Positions 12,564 to 25,858 of a DNA stretch of 64,000 bases are shown here, one piece after another. Below the pieces are notes generated by a model. The model searched no databases. It was not told the origin of the DNA and saw only the letters and a list, made by a program, of their open reading frames with translations. Made by a program: the position numbers and the translations under genes. Source of the DNA: Vitrella brassicaformis CCMP3155 (Eukaryota; Protista; Chromerida); contig CDMY01000294.1 of NCBI GenBank assembly GCA_001179505.1, forward strand, positions 1 through 64,000. Reading direction: 5' to 3'. Position 1 is the first letter of the stretch; each line of letters starts with the position of its first letter.

Positions 12564-12872
12564 TCAGACACCACAATGGCCATGGCCTGCTGTACCCGGA
12601 CCCAATTCCTTGTTAACCTGTACACCGAAATCATTCATTCGTTTCTGCTGGTCCGTTGTTTGCCCTTGGCCATCCCCAGAGAAATCGCAACACGAGCACA
12701 AACACTTTGCGAGGAGGGCCAGCAGGAGAATACCTGCTGGAGTACCAGCGACGGCCAGCAGAATAATGCCAGCGAGTGCCGCTGGTGTGAGAAGGAGACC
12801 AGCACCGAGGCCGATGAGGAGGAGATCGATGATGATCAGGACACCGATAATGAGTCCCTCTTTCAGCTCCAT
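12564..12872 (-). CDS. Small (102 aa) very hydrophobic membrane protein with a juxtamembrane Cys cluster
   Basis: MELKEGLIIGVLIIIDLLLIGLGAGLLLTPAALAGIILLAVAGTPAGILLLALLAKCLCSCCDF..., preceded by a typical (GTCT)n intron with acceptor at ~12882 and donor at ~12972. Confidence 0.55.
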   Translation of the reverse strand: MELKEGLIIGVLIIIDLLLIGLGAGLLLTPAALAGIILLAVAGTPAGILLLALLAKCLCSCCDFSGDGQGQTTDQQKRMNDFGVQVNKELGPGTAGHGHCGV

Positions 12873-13205
12873 TTTGTATCCTAAGACACAAAATGACACA
12901 GACAGACAGACAGGCAGACAGACAGGAAGACAAGGCTTAGCAGACACTTCACAGACATTGCTCAGACGTTACCTTGTCACAACCCGAGCACACTACTAGC
13001 AGTACTTCGTTCCCGTGCCGATGAGGGAGGGTGGATCTCCGTCCCAGCTGACGGTCTCCATTGTCCCAGAGAGAAGAGAGCGCGTCCATTCGATACGTGA
13101 GGCGGTTTACGGGGACCTTACCCTTAATCTCTGCACAACCTTATCAGCCATCCTCCCCTCCATCCATCCATCAACGCACTCGATCCGGATCATCGGTGTC
13201 CATGC

Positions 13206-13300
13206 ATCTTCACACACAGACGCACAGATGCTCAGTCCCTCCCTCCCGCCAGCCGACATCAAGGCACCCACACACTGCGCCACCATTCACGGGGGCACAT
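13206..13300 (+). repeat. Direct repeat copy 2 (~95 bp core)
   Basis: Matches 11909-12005. Confidence 0.9.
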
Positions 13301-13675
13301 GCGCGAGTGCAGTGAAGTCGTCTGACAGGCAGGGAGCGAGCTAGAGGCACACAGGCGACGCACTGTAGCTAGCGGCAAGAGAGGGAGACAAGAGGGGGAA
13401 ACAACCACGCTCGGTGACGAGCTGATGACATGGCGGACCCACAGACACACTCTTACACAGACAGTTTACACCGAAACCGCGGTCACACAGACGGACTGAC
13501 TGACTTCCCCTGTCTGCCCCAATAGTAGGAACACACTCAGACACACACGAATGCATTGCGACTGACTAGTGACTGTCTGCCTGTCGGTCTGTCTGTGTGT
13601 GTGTGTGTTGCGATGGACGGCCGAACAGCCAGCCAGCCTGACGCATCCATGTTCTCTCCCACCCAGAAGTGTTGG

Positions 13676-15648
13676 TCATCTCCGGTGATCTGAGAGCACT
13701 CACAACAAAGGGAAGACACACCAGTGAGGAAGTCCGTCTGCTCTGCCTCTCATCACACATGGGCCTAGTCGTGTGCTTACTGTGGGACGCCTCGTTCATG
13801 GCCATGTCTGCAGCAGCCATGCGCACAGACGAAACATGAGATTGAATGTGTGTATGTGTGTGTGGGGGGGTGAGTGGTGACTGACTGACCTGCCTCTTCT
13901 CCCTCGACAGTGGACAGCGCCTGCTTGAGCACTGTGGGAATCGACTCCTCAACCTTCACACCAGATACAGAAAAAGCAGAGCAAGGCGGTTTGGTTTGTC
14001 GCTTCTGTGGTGTGCAGTCTCTTGCTCAAAGTTACCATAGCGAGTGCCTCTAGGATGGGCATGAGGTCAAACAGCTCGCGGTCGTTGTCGTCGTCAAACC
14101 TGAGTGATACACACAGACATCGACAATCACACACACACAACTCTGACTTACCAGCTCTTGATGGGGATGGCGTTGTCAGGCTGCAAGCTGTACGCCAACG
14201 GGGAATTCTGAACGAATCGACCGAGCCACCAACGACAGAGAGAGAGAGAGAGTGGCGTAGTGACGTCATGCATTGCAGTGCATTGGTCTGTGTGTCTGTG
14301 CTTATGTGTGTGTTGTCTGGCTCACATCGATGATGATGAGTGTGGCGAGGTCTCTCCCCATCTTGGACAAGTCCTTGACGTAGGAGCCATTCCTGAACCA
14401 CACACACATGGACGCACACCCATGAAGAGCACTGACTGAGGTATTTATCTATTACCTGAGTGTGCATGCCTCCCTGAACAATCTCCATGTGCAGAGCCGC
14501 TTGGTGTCCAGCTGGTCCAACAGAGGGTCAGCATACTGTGTTAACACACACACACATTCCATTCCACACATCACACATATGGATCGGATCGACATCCATC
14601 CATCCGTCCGTCCGTCGGTGCGGTGCTGACCTTGGACAGCGAAGCGGTGAATATGACAACCTCATAGAAGCGAGCAACATAGGCAAGAAACTCATCCACA
14701 CCTAAACACACACACACACACACACACACAAGGTCGGTTGTGTGTGTGTGCCATGATATGATCGGCCGACGCACCGCCCCGCACCAGGTCTTTTGAGAAC
14801 GTATATGTCGTGGACGTTTCCCTCGATCTCGACGGGTATGATGAAGGCGGCGTTGGCCACCGGCTTGAACGAACTGTGCACCAACGTCTCGTCCAAATCC
14901 AACACCAACGTCTTCTTACCCTGACATACACACACACATCCATATCCACACACACACACACACACAGACGGACACATAGACGCATCCAGGAATCCCTCTT
15001 CGATGCCCGCCGGCCGGCCGTGTGTGCGAGCGTCCCTCCTTGACTGACCACGTCCCGCCCTCTCTGTGGCCCCAGGTATGACTTCGCCTTCGGCGATGGC
15101 GGCGCAGCCTCAGGCAACGTCGGCTTCAACGGCTGCGTCCTGAACACATCACGCCAAACCAAACCACACACCAATCAGCCTGCCCCCTTGGCCCTCTGTG
15201 TGTGTGCTGTTAGACTGACGGAATGGCGTCTTGCGCCCTGAAGCAGCCGCAAACGACTCCCAGCCCCCTCTTTTTGCGGACGTTGTCGGGGTTTGAGTGA
15301 GTGGGGCTGTCGTCGTCGCGGCTGTGTGGGTAGGAGGGGGGGTGGGAGTGGGGGCGGGGCGGGGAGGATGATGATGCTGATGCATGGGCCATCTTGGAGG
15401 CTGACGCCGATGCGTAGGCGTCGTCATGCGATGGGCGGTAGTAGCTCTGAGCTGGCTGCCCGTCCCGGCCCACCTGGGCAACCATCGATTGCAAAGCAGA
15501 GGGAACCTCCCCTGACAGATACAAACAATGTTACACACACAGCCACACGCACACAGACAGAAAGAACAGAGAGAGAGGGAGAGAGGCACAGCGCACAAAC
15601 AGACAGACAGACAGGGATTGCATGGCGTCACTCACTACCACCATACAT
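13676..15648 (-). CDS. CTD small phosphatase / NIF-family HAD phosphatase
   Basis: [32 protein letters not shown]...[30 protein letters not shown]. The N-terminal [10 protein letters not shown] resembles the CTDSP N-terminus. The 3' end is approximate. Confidence 0.9.
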
Positions 15649-16048
15649 AGCGATGGGTGTGCTTCTGGCTCGTTGTTCTCTCCTGCGGCGACTGACCTGC
15701 GTTTTGGTGTTTCCGCATGGTGTGTGGCGGAAGTGGTGTCCTCTGTTGTCAGCACCGGGGGAGGCCCAGCTATACGGGCTCGGAGGCGGTTTGCTGCTCA
15801 AGCCCTCACTCCAAGGCGGTAGCACCCGAACAACACACCAATGCAGCGACGGATTTCTTTTTTTTCCTCTCGGAGCCTCATGCGAGCTAAGCTCGCGAAG
15901 GACGACGGAGATTGCGCGGCGGGTGCACGTGGCCACACTGACGGCGGTGAGTGCACATACATGTGGCCACAGGCCGATAGATAAATTCTTTCACTCAGAG
16001 CTGGGAAGATCTGCAGTCAGTCAGTCTCCCTACTGAGCTGTGGAGGAG

Positions 16049-17731
16049 ATGACGGAGCTGCAGCCATCGGCCTTCTTCGCGGCTGCGAGGGATCTCACTG
16101 CAGGAACCATCGGCGGCATGGTGGGTATTGCATAAAGGCGTGACGCATCGCATTCATTCCGCACACTCACAGCCTCTTGAGTGTATTCTCGTGTGTGCAT
16201 ATTTCTGCAGGCGCAGACCATCGTGGGTCACCCCTTCCAGACGCTCAAGGTGCGGCTGCAGACACAGCCGTCCCCTCCCCGCTATCGCAATGGGTGGGAC
16301 TGCTTCAAGATCACCGTCAAGGAGGAGGGATGGCGCGGCCTCTACAAGTAAAAAAGAGAGGGACACACGCCACGGCACGCAATCAAAACATATGAATGAG
16401 TCAGCCAGCCATTATGGGCGGGGTGGTGGTGAATGAATGGAATGGCTGCATCCAGAGGCATCACTCCTCCGCTGCTTGGCATTGGTCTGGTGAATGCGGT
16501 GCTGTTCTACGCCTACGAGACGTCGAAGCGGTCGCTGCTGTTCATGATCAACAAGCGGCCGGACGGCGACCCTGAGGTGTGGGAGGCGGCACTGTGCGGC
16601 TCCTTCGCGGGCATCGCAAACTCAGGTGAATCGGCTGAAGGGACGAGTGGGCGAAAGAGTCAGGACGGTGTGCTGCACATGTGCTGCGTGTGTATGGTGT
16701 GGTGCGTTCGTTCAGTGGTGAGTTGTCCTGTGGAGCTGATCATGGTGAGGCTGCAGACGCAGTACGTCACCTCCCCCGACAAACAGCTCTACGCCGGTCA
16801 GCCTAGTGCTCACACAGATCACAGACAGACAGACAGACAGACAGAGCCCCAACACTCTCTTCACTCTCTTCTTACATCTGCACACACAGGTCCCATCGAC
16901 TGCGCGCGTCAGCTGGTGCAGCAGTTCGGCGTGCGTGGGCTCTACAAGGGTTTCGCCGCGACCGTGATTCGCGAGATCCCCAACTATATGTTGTTCTTCG
17001 GCATGTACGAGAACCTCAAGATGGTGGTGGCCAGGACCACCAAGCAGAGGCGGAGCGAACTCAGCCCTCCGGCTCTCTTCCTCTGCGGGGGGTTCGCAGG
17101 CGTCTCGGCGCAGCTGGCGCAGGTACGGACGGGACGGCGGTGGATGGGCGTGGCGTGGGCGTGAGGATGCATTGATTTCTCTCTCTCTCTTTGTTTGTTT
17201 CTCCCTCCCTCCCTCCCTCCCTGTGCGTGTCTGTTCGTTGTGTGTGTCAGCTTCCATTCGATCGCGTCAAGAACTACATCCAGATCCAGAGCGACACGAA
17301 CCCGACTTACAAGGGGGTTATCCACTGCTTTGAGCGGGTGCTCCAAAAAGAGGGACACCTGGGCTTCTACAAGGGGGTAAGCTAGCTAAGCCGGTCCGGT
17401 GGGTGGTCACGTGGAATGGATGGATGGAGGGTGGGGGATGGATGGATGGATGGATCGATACACACGACACGCCCTTGTTTGTCGGTGGGTCACACGTGTC
17501 GTCGTGTGCGGTGTGTGTGTCAGGTGGGGCCGGTGTTGCTGCGTGCTTTTCCGGTAAGCCAAGCCAAGCCAGGGGGTGCCTGTGTCAGGGGAGGGAGGCG
17601 GCAGTGCACCACTCACTGCATTGTACTGACTGTCCTTGGTTGTTGTCTGTCGTCGTGTCTCCTTCTTTCAGGCCAATGCTGCGTGTTTTCTGGGGTTCGA
17701 GATGAGTGTCAAGATCCTTAACGCTTTCTGA
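16049..17731 (+). CDS. Mitochondrial carrier (SLC25), carnitine/ornithine-carrier-like
   Basis: Three carrier repeats: [12 protein letters not shown]...[19 protein letters not shown]...[20 protein letters not shown]...[10 protein letters not shown]-terminus [17 protein letters not shown]. Confidence 0.92.
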
Positions 17732-18198
17732 TTTTGGAGGGCCCCTTGTGGACCTCCCCACTCCCCACTCCCCACTCCCTCCTGCCGGCGTGTCTGGGTG
17801 TGCGTGTACATGATTTTTTCACATGGCTCTCTCTGGTTTTGAGGCAGGCCTGCCTGCTGTGGTGTGATGTGGTGTGGTGTGGTGTGGTGTGTGGCGGCCC
17901 TCTGTGTGTAGAGAAGCTTCACTTGTATGTGTGTGTACAGACCGACTGACTGACTGCACGGGGAGGGAGGGAGGGAGGGAGGGAGGGAGCGAGAGGCGCA
18001 GAGATTCGATACCCGCGCGAGACCGATGATGGACACACACATCTCGTTGAGCTTAGCTTGCGCGTCGGTCGGCTGTCGGCTGTTGGTCAGTCAGTCAATT
18101 CCGTCCGTCCGTCCATCCATCCATCCATTCACTCAGTTGGGATCAACCACGCACGACAACATGCAGGCAGGCCTGCAGTATCTGTAGTGTAGGATTTG

Positions 18199-19130
18199 TC
18201 AGTCAGATTCGTAGCCAGCATCGGAGCCACCCATGCAGTTGAGTCGGTCCATGTCAAAGTCCATCTCGAACTCCTGGGTGGTCGAGAAATCTGTGACCTG
18301 CACTCGTTCATTGCACACACAGGGAGACACGGGCAGGGAGGGAACCCCGCCCTGCTCACGTACCTTGATGTTCAGGGTGCATTGTTTCGAGCTTGAAACT
18401 GTGCCTGTAGACGGATGGCAACGGAGACAGACAGACCGACAGACAGACAGACCGACAGACAGACCGACCGACCGACAGACAGACAGAGAGGAATGGCCGT
18501 CCGTACGCAAACAAGGTGTCCCATCCCAGGTTGTGAAAAAGTACCCGGCGTGGGGAAGTGGACCTTGCCGACGTCGAGCGTGTGGACGGCGTCGGCGAGC
18601 GTGAAGGCCGCAACCATGCAGTCCTTGCCGCCTCCGGTCGTGCACCGTTTCTTCGTTGCAGGCGTCTCGCACACGAAGTCCTTGACGATCCGCGTTCCAC
18701 TGCCGGTGCTGAAAATCATCTTGGTTTTCCTGCCGGTGTGTGGACACTGCCAGGCACACTCGCTGCCACCGCCGTCGGGCTCGTCGCCATCGGGCTCGTC
18801 CACCGACTCGGTTCCTCCGAGGGAAAAGAGACACAGGCCGCCGTTTCTGCAATCAAGCAACGCCTAGTACATCCCCCCGCGCCAGGCCACCGCCCGGCCA
18901 CCGCACTGTGGGCGCAGACTGCACACTTACTCGGGCTTGAAGGTCTTACGCATCAGGGTCCTGACGTAGTTGACTAGTGTGTCGATCCCAGGCTGCACGA
19001 CCTCGCTGCTGGCACCGATGGCAGCCCCACCGGCACCGCTTGTGCTGTTGGTGAGCACCGAGCCCTCCACAGGCAGGAGGGAGGCCATGATGATGACACC
19101 AACAGAGAACAACATTGCAGGCGTCCCCAT
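18199..19130 (-). CDS. Secreted Cys-containing hypothetical protein (~230 aa, 4 exons)
   Basis: Signal peptide MGTPAMLFSVGVIIMASLLPVEG. Four exons splice in frame to ...FDMDRLNCMGGSDAGYESD*. No family recognised. Confidence 0.7.
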
Positions 19131-19540
19131 TGTCCCGCGTGGCAGGGGCAGCTGACTTCTGCAGCTCAAGAGTCTCAAGCAGACCGTCTAACCACCCCTT
19201 TTAGCGACAAGGGTCCAATCTCGGCGGCAGTCTTGGCCCCCAGCCCGTGGGCGTCTCCACATGCATGCGGTAAACTTGAACATGCCTTGGGAACGCTGGA
19301 CGCGACCGTCACCTTGTATTGCCCTTGTGTCCACGTTTTGGTAAGCTCAGCAGCGCCTGAAACCATGCAGTGGCATCCTGAATGCAGGATGAGCATTGCC
19401 AGCTCATGATGCACACGGTCGGTTCTTGGGGTTTATTCAGCGCAGGAGTGAGGTCGAAGCCATGCATCGCATGACAGGGGAGATGCTCCACGCCATCGTC
19501 GGTCGGTGACGGGCCACTGACGGCATCTCATCTCCCATTG

Positions 19541-22500
19541 ATGGCGCAGGTGGGTACTACTTATTCTCAAAGAGAATGCATCGGATTCCCCTGATGACCG
19601 CATTAATTCGTTTTCCTTCCTGCGTGTGTATTGCCATGCCAGGCGGGCCGGACTCTGACCCTCACCCATGCATTGGGCTTCAGCAAAGGTGAACAACGAA
19701 CGCATCTCTATCGACACTCTCTTGAACCACAGTCCATCCATCCTCCATCCATCCATTTCGTCAAGTTTTGCTCTCTTGGTTCGTTTGATTCAGATGGCCC
19801 CTCAGCCGTAGCCTTTGTCAATGATAGCACCCTCGTATACTCGCTGGGGTCCGTGTGCGTCCTCGCCCCAATCAGCCCACACACAGACACGCACTCGTCG
19901 TCACCCACCAGACCGGCCAAACCACAACCGCAGACCGCCGCCTCTCCCTCCTCACAGCCACAGCAACAGCGGTTCTTCCGAGGCCACTCCGAGGCCGTCA
20001 CCTGTCTGGCCTACTGCCCTTCGGCCCATGTGTGTGCGTCCGCTCAGCAGAGGGGCTCTCGCAGCAAGCCGTTCATCCTTCTCTGGGACCCCACCGACCA
20101 CTCCATCCGCGCCAAGCTCTCGTCGCTGCAGGGCGACTTCCACTGCCTGGCCTTCCTAAAGGTGGCGGAGGGCATCTCCCGCCTCCTCACGGTGACCGAT
20201 GACCGGGAGCACACCCTCTCCGTCTGGCAGGTGCCGTCCCCAGGACGGTCCGTCCGCTGGATGGGCGGCGAGGGGGGATCGGCGAGCCCACAGCCGCTCA
20301 TCCAGCAGCCGGCCTTTCGGGATAGAGTGGAGGGGGTGGTATGCGAGCCTGCTGCTGCGGGGGGTGGGGGCGGGGGAGTATATGTCGGTGGTGGTGCGGG
20401 GGGAGGAGGGGGTGAGGGGTCGCATTGTGTGCGGTTCGTGACGTTTGGGACGAGCCACTTGAAGTTCTGGACGCTGAGTAGACATCGCCCGGCGCTCACA
20501 CAGAGGAGGGGCGCGTTCACGCCAGGTGGGTGAGGGACAAGGGGTCAGGGGTCATAATATCATGACTGTGTTGGGGTGGTGGTGTTGATGCACAGGTTTG
20601 GCAGTAGGGGAGACGGTGACGTGTGTAGCCTATCGTCGGAACAAGAGCGGGCAGGTCGTGGCCGCCACCTCAGAGGGCCGCGTATTCTTCTTCACAGACA
20701 TCGCCGCCACACGGTAATGTTCAGCAACGACAGAGACCTCATCTGCAAGATACATACCCACCCCTTGTCTGTCCTTCGCTCTCTGCCATCCATCCATTCC
20801 ATCAGATTTGTCAGTGTGCGTCCGGGTGTCCCGCTGCGCGCCCTCCTGCCGCTCCGCAGCTGCCTCCTGGTGTGCACACAGGACGCCTCGGTGCTCTCGC
20901 TGACCGACACTTTTCCAAGGCGTGAGACCAAGTTGCAGATCCAGGAGGGCCTCACTGGCGGCCGGGCGGTGGAGGTCACAGGCGGGGTCATCCTGGGGGA
21001 GCAGGTGGCGCTGCTCACCAGCTGCGCCATCCTCACCATGGACGCCAGGAACGTCTCAAAGGCCAAAGTCGTGCAGGTGGGTAAAATGGGAGGAGGACAA
21101 GATGGAGCCCTGTCAAGGTCACTCTTGTGTTTGCATGCCGCCATTGGCGGATGGATGGGCGGATCGGTGGGTGCAGGAGCGTCACTGGGGCTATGTGCAC
21201 TGCGGCGTGGCCCACCCGCAGCTGCCGATCCTCTACACAGGGGGCGGCACACCCAACGGTGGAGAGGTCAAGGCCTGGCACATCAGCACTGACACGCCAC
21301 AAGGTACGTCCGTCAGTCAACCCAACACACACAAACACACACAAACACACAACATAACCAACGCCATATCTCCTTCTATGGTCATTCATTCAGGCCGGAG
21401 CATTTTCCTCCCCGCCCCAGTGACGTGCCTCGCCATCTCACCCCCATGGCCGGTCACTCTCCCCGACCCTCTCACAGGCTCGCCACCGCCCTTGACCTCA
21501 CCCGGCCCTTCTGCTGCTGCTGGCCAGCAGGTCTGCCTTCTGCTGGCGGGCGGGTCGGACGGCGCCGTGCGGGTGCTTGTGTGGGATGAGCACACCGGCA
21601 GGAAAGACGTCTCGTTCGAGAGGAATCTCACCAACACACGTGATGAATGGATGGATGGCACGGATGGCCGGAAAAGGGCGGGCCTTGTTTCGTTCTTCGT
21701 TATTTGTGTGTGTTCTTTGTTTGCAGCGACTGTGTTGACGTGTGGTGCCTTTTCGCTCAACGGTCACTGGATGGCCGTGGGGGCGGCCGACGGCGCCATC
21801 CACACATTCGCCCTGGGCAACACGGGCGTCCTGGAGGACGGGACGATCGACGTGCAGCGGGGGCCGGTGTGTCGCGGCATCGTAGGGGGCGTGAGGGCCA
21901 TGCAGTTCGCCAATGTGAGGGACGCTGACCAGAGGAAACAGGTGAGTGGCTGGGTGGGCGGAGAGAGAGAGAGTCCCAAGACCAGCACAGCACAGCACAC
22001 ACTCGGTTCGCTCCTACTTACTGGTCGTCAGGTTGTGGTAGCTGTGGGTGACGATGGGGGAGTGCTGTGTTTTGCCGTTCCTGGAGGCCACCGGATCGCT
22101 GACAACCCCCAGGTGGGGTGGGGTGGGTCCAACCCCACCACACCACACGATGACCTACCTGTGAATGTCATTCACCGTGTTTGTTTGTTGCAGATGCGTG
22201 GTTGGGGTTTCGATCAGTGGCAGCTGCCCAAGGGTCCCCCGGTGGCCGGCTACTGGAGCGAGCCGGCCCTCTTCAGGCATGAGGGCGCCCTGGTGGACAA
22301 CCGGGCCTCCCAAGAGGCGCATCACGACCACCCCCTCAAACACACAAGGGTACTCGAGTGGGCTGGGCGTCATGCATCGCATCTCTCTCTTTATGCCTGC
22401 CTCCATTTTCCTTGTTGGGTTTCTTTGTGTCTGACAGGGTGTGTTGCCTCACCGCCTGTTCATGCAGGGCAAGGGGCCCACCCGCCAGACCGTCCTCATC

Positions 22501-24952
22501 GCTGACACAGATAGCAGATCGGTAGGTACAAGACAAAGAAAGCCACACACACACACATACAGTGTCACTTCTTTGCACCGTCCCTTGTGTGTGCAGCTCT
22601 TTCTCGCGCCGTTTCCCCACGCCCATCCGTCCACATCATCGCTGCCCCCGCGGCCCCGCCACAGCCGCCCATCGACGGCGCCATACGGACTCGACCACGA
22701 GGAGCAGCACAATGGGGCAGCCACGGTGACCATGGATCAGCGGTGCACGACACCACACGACCAACTGGAGCGTGTGACGTCGCCCCACACGTCGCCCGTG
22801 ACGGCCGCCTTCTTCGACTGCTCGGGCGAGGTGGTCTGCACGACGTCGCACGACGGGGCGGTCTTCCTCTGGACCACCACAGGCACACCCATCAAGATGC
22901 AGCCACCATCGCCACAGAAGGGCGGTGCGACCCTTCGCCCATCGTCTGTCCCATTGGCGGCACTCCCACCCCCTCCCCCTGAGGGCAGCAAGCCGCCCCC
23001 TGCCCCTCCCCGCCCATCCGCCCCACCTGCGCCGCCCCGCTGGAAGGTGACCACACGGCAGAATGTGGAGACCTGGAGCAGGCCAATCTCACCGGTAACC
23101 AAGGGCGGCCGGCGGGCGATGACTCCATTGGCCTCATACAAGATGCACCCCGGCCATCAGTCTGGCGGGCCCTCATCGCGCCAGGCAACACCAATGCGGC
23201 AGAAGAGGAGCAGTGGGACACCTGAGAGGGAGGGGGGCAGAGGGAGAGGGAGGGAGTTGGCGACGGCGAAGCGCGCGGTTGCGGTGCCGCAGCGGGAGCT
23301 GGACGAGGTGGCGGTGATGACGCAGAAGAGGCTCAAGGAGATAGAGGCCATCAAACAATTCACGGTCGTCGAGCCACCGCCACCGCCAACGGAGACTCAC
23401 GGCGAGCAGCAGCCCCACCAGCCCCACCAGCCCCCCCAGCAGCAGCAGCAGCAGCAGGAGGACAAGCAAGAGGCCAAGACCGAGACAGACAAGGACAAAA
23501 GGGCGGCAGAGAAAGATAAGGAGACACCAAAAGAGACCATTGTGCCTACCATGCAGCAGCCTGAGGCCCCCATCACCATCCCGCCCATGGACGGCAAGCC
23601 GATCATCCTGGAGCCACCCGCCCACACCCACACCGCCACGGGCAAGAAGAAGGCCATCGGTCGCTCGCCGTCCGAGCGCACCCTGCCAGTGTGGTATGGT
23701 GGGGCCAATGGGTGGACGGACGCCCGGCCGTCGCGTGAGGTGCTGAGCAAGCGCATGGAGGAGATCTCTCGTTTGCCGCCCCAAGCCATGAGCCGCAGGC
23801 AGCGGCTGATAGATGAGGTCGGTAGCCCGGTGGGAGATGGAGGGGAGGGCATGGTGAGTGTGTGTATCGCTGGTGTGGTGGCTGCGGTGCGATGTGTGCG
23901 CAGGATAACCAGGCACCGATCAAGATAGGGCATGAGGACGATCCCGTGAGGGGCGGGCGGTCCAAAACTCCACCGTAGACATGAACACACACACACACGC
24001 ACACACAAGAAAACGCCAAAGCATGCCGGCGTGGGTAGATTCGTGTGTCTGTGTGTGCTCTATGGTGTAGGCGTCGCGTGTTTTGGGACGATGCCAAGCA
24101 GAACCACGACGCGAATCGCCAGGCGTCGCGGCTCTTCAGGCAGAGGTAAGCAGACCCCAAACCCAAACCATCCACACACTCACTCTCAGCATGCCATGCA
24201 CCACATCCATCCATCCATCCATCCATCAGGTCATACGGTGATACGACACGTGACCTCTTCCACCCCAATGGGTATTCGTCGGCTCCCGTCGTCCTCGGCA
24301 CCGCTGTCACCGATGCCAAGGCTAGTGAACATCCCTTTGTCGTGCGGTCGGGCGAGAAGGACGGCTGCTACCATATCGACGCCAAACTGCCCGGTAGGCA
24401 CTCAATGCAACGGACCAACGTAGTCTTTGCTAGAGACACAAGTGGAGTGCCTACGTGTGTGTTTTGCAGGCGGCATGTTGACGACGGCCATATCGAACCC
24501 TCGGACGAAATGTCTGGAAGTGACGGGACAAATCATAAAACCATCAAGTACAGAGAGACGCACTCATCCAGATGGCGCACAGCGCCCCACACTGGGACGG
24601 CCCACCTCTGTACGTCTCTCTCTGTCTGTCTGTTTGTTATGCAGCCCCCGGTGTGCAGCCGCGGCAGCAGCAGGCGCCCTCGATCCACGCCACCTCGATC
24701 CCCATCCCCGCCGCCTACGACTCGTGCCACCCACACATCGCCATCCACACAGACCCCTTCAACGGCCACTGCGTCGCCCGCATCCCACGCAAGATCGTCA
24801 GGACGCCCTCGCCGCTTCCAGATGACCCCGTCACCAGCAACAACAACAACAGCAATGATAGGCCGGGAGGGGTGGGTGTGGACACGCAGGTGGAGGAGTA
24901 CACCTTTGGGCATTACGAGCCGCCCAGGGGGGCGGTGATTGGGGAGAACTGA
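19541..24952 (+). CDS. EML/HELP-like WD40 repeat protein with a Pro/Gln-rich C-terminal region
   Basis: TLTLTHALGFS, LVYSLGSVCVL, QRFFRGHSEAVTCLAY, WGYVHCGVAHPQLPILYTGG, AFSLNGHWMAVGAADGAIH, HTSPVTAAFFDCSGEVVCTTSHDGAVFLW. Confidence 0.75.
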
Positions 24953-25858
24953 CGGACGGACGATATGACACACACACACACACACACACGGAGAGAGAGA
25001 GAGAGAGAGGCGGGTGGCTGGGTTGGATTTTTCCTTCCGCGGCGGCTGACTGAGTGAGAGTGAGTGGTGCATTGCAGCGGGCGTGAGCATGAGCGTGTGG
25101 GTGTGGGTGTGGGTGTGTGGGCGACAGACCACTAGTTAAGGTTTGACTGACTGACTGAGTGGTGGGTGCTGGTGCATGCCATTCATCACACGACTGGAGA
25201 GAGACAGACGATTCAAGCTTCTAACGGATTCGGTGCGCGCACACTATCAGCAATACATCATTCCCAGTGCCTCAACAACGAAAAAAACCCTCCTCCATAT
25301 ATCCATTTCACCACTGGCTCTCTCGAACCATCGTCACTTTCCGCAGACAGAGCGGCTCAGCACAATAGCAGACAGAAGTTCGTGTCGCTCGTCCACGTGC
25401 GGCGTGCATGTCTGGCTGATGTAGAGTGGAAGGTCGGTCTGTCACGCGCACTTATCCTCTCAACACCAAGAACATATGCAGACAGACAGTTGCACCGTCT
25501 TCAAAATGCCATCCATCCAAAAAGAGGACATGGACCCCATATTATGATACAAACACGCAGACGATGGCATGCACACATCGATGAACACCGAGTTGACTCA
25601 CATGCAGGGAGGAGCAGAGACATGCAGACACATGATGACACATGATGACACACAAACAGAAACAAACACACCATCCTGCCCTGACACATTCTGTCGCTCT
25701 GCGCACACCAATCCCTCGGAGATAGTGGCTGCATAGTCGAGCGCCGGCCTCACTCCAGTAGCCAATTGAATGCACCAGTAGCGAAAAAAGCACTGACCAA
25801 AAGCGTTTGCTGTCAGCTGAGAAAAGGTCAAAAACGAGTCGGTGACGCGAGCATTGAG

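Noticed and set aside
25176-25424. Protein-like small ORF MPFITRLERDRRFKLL...
   Set aside because: No homology recognised and no splice or codon support; it lies between two convergent 3' ends.
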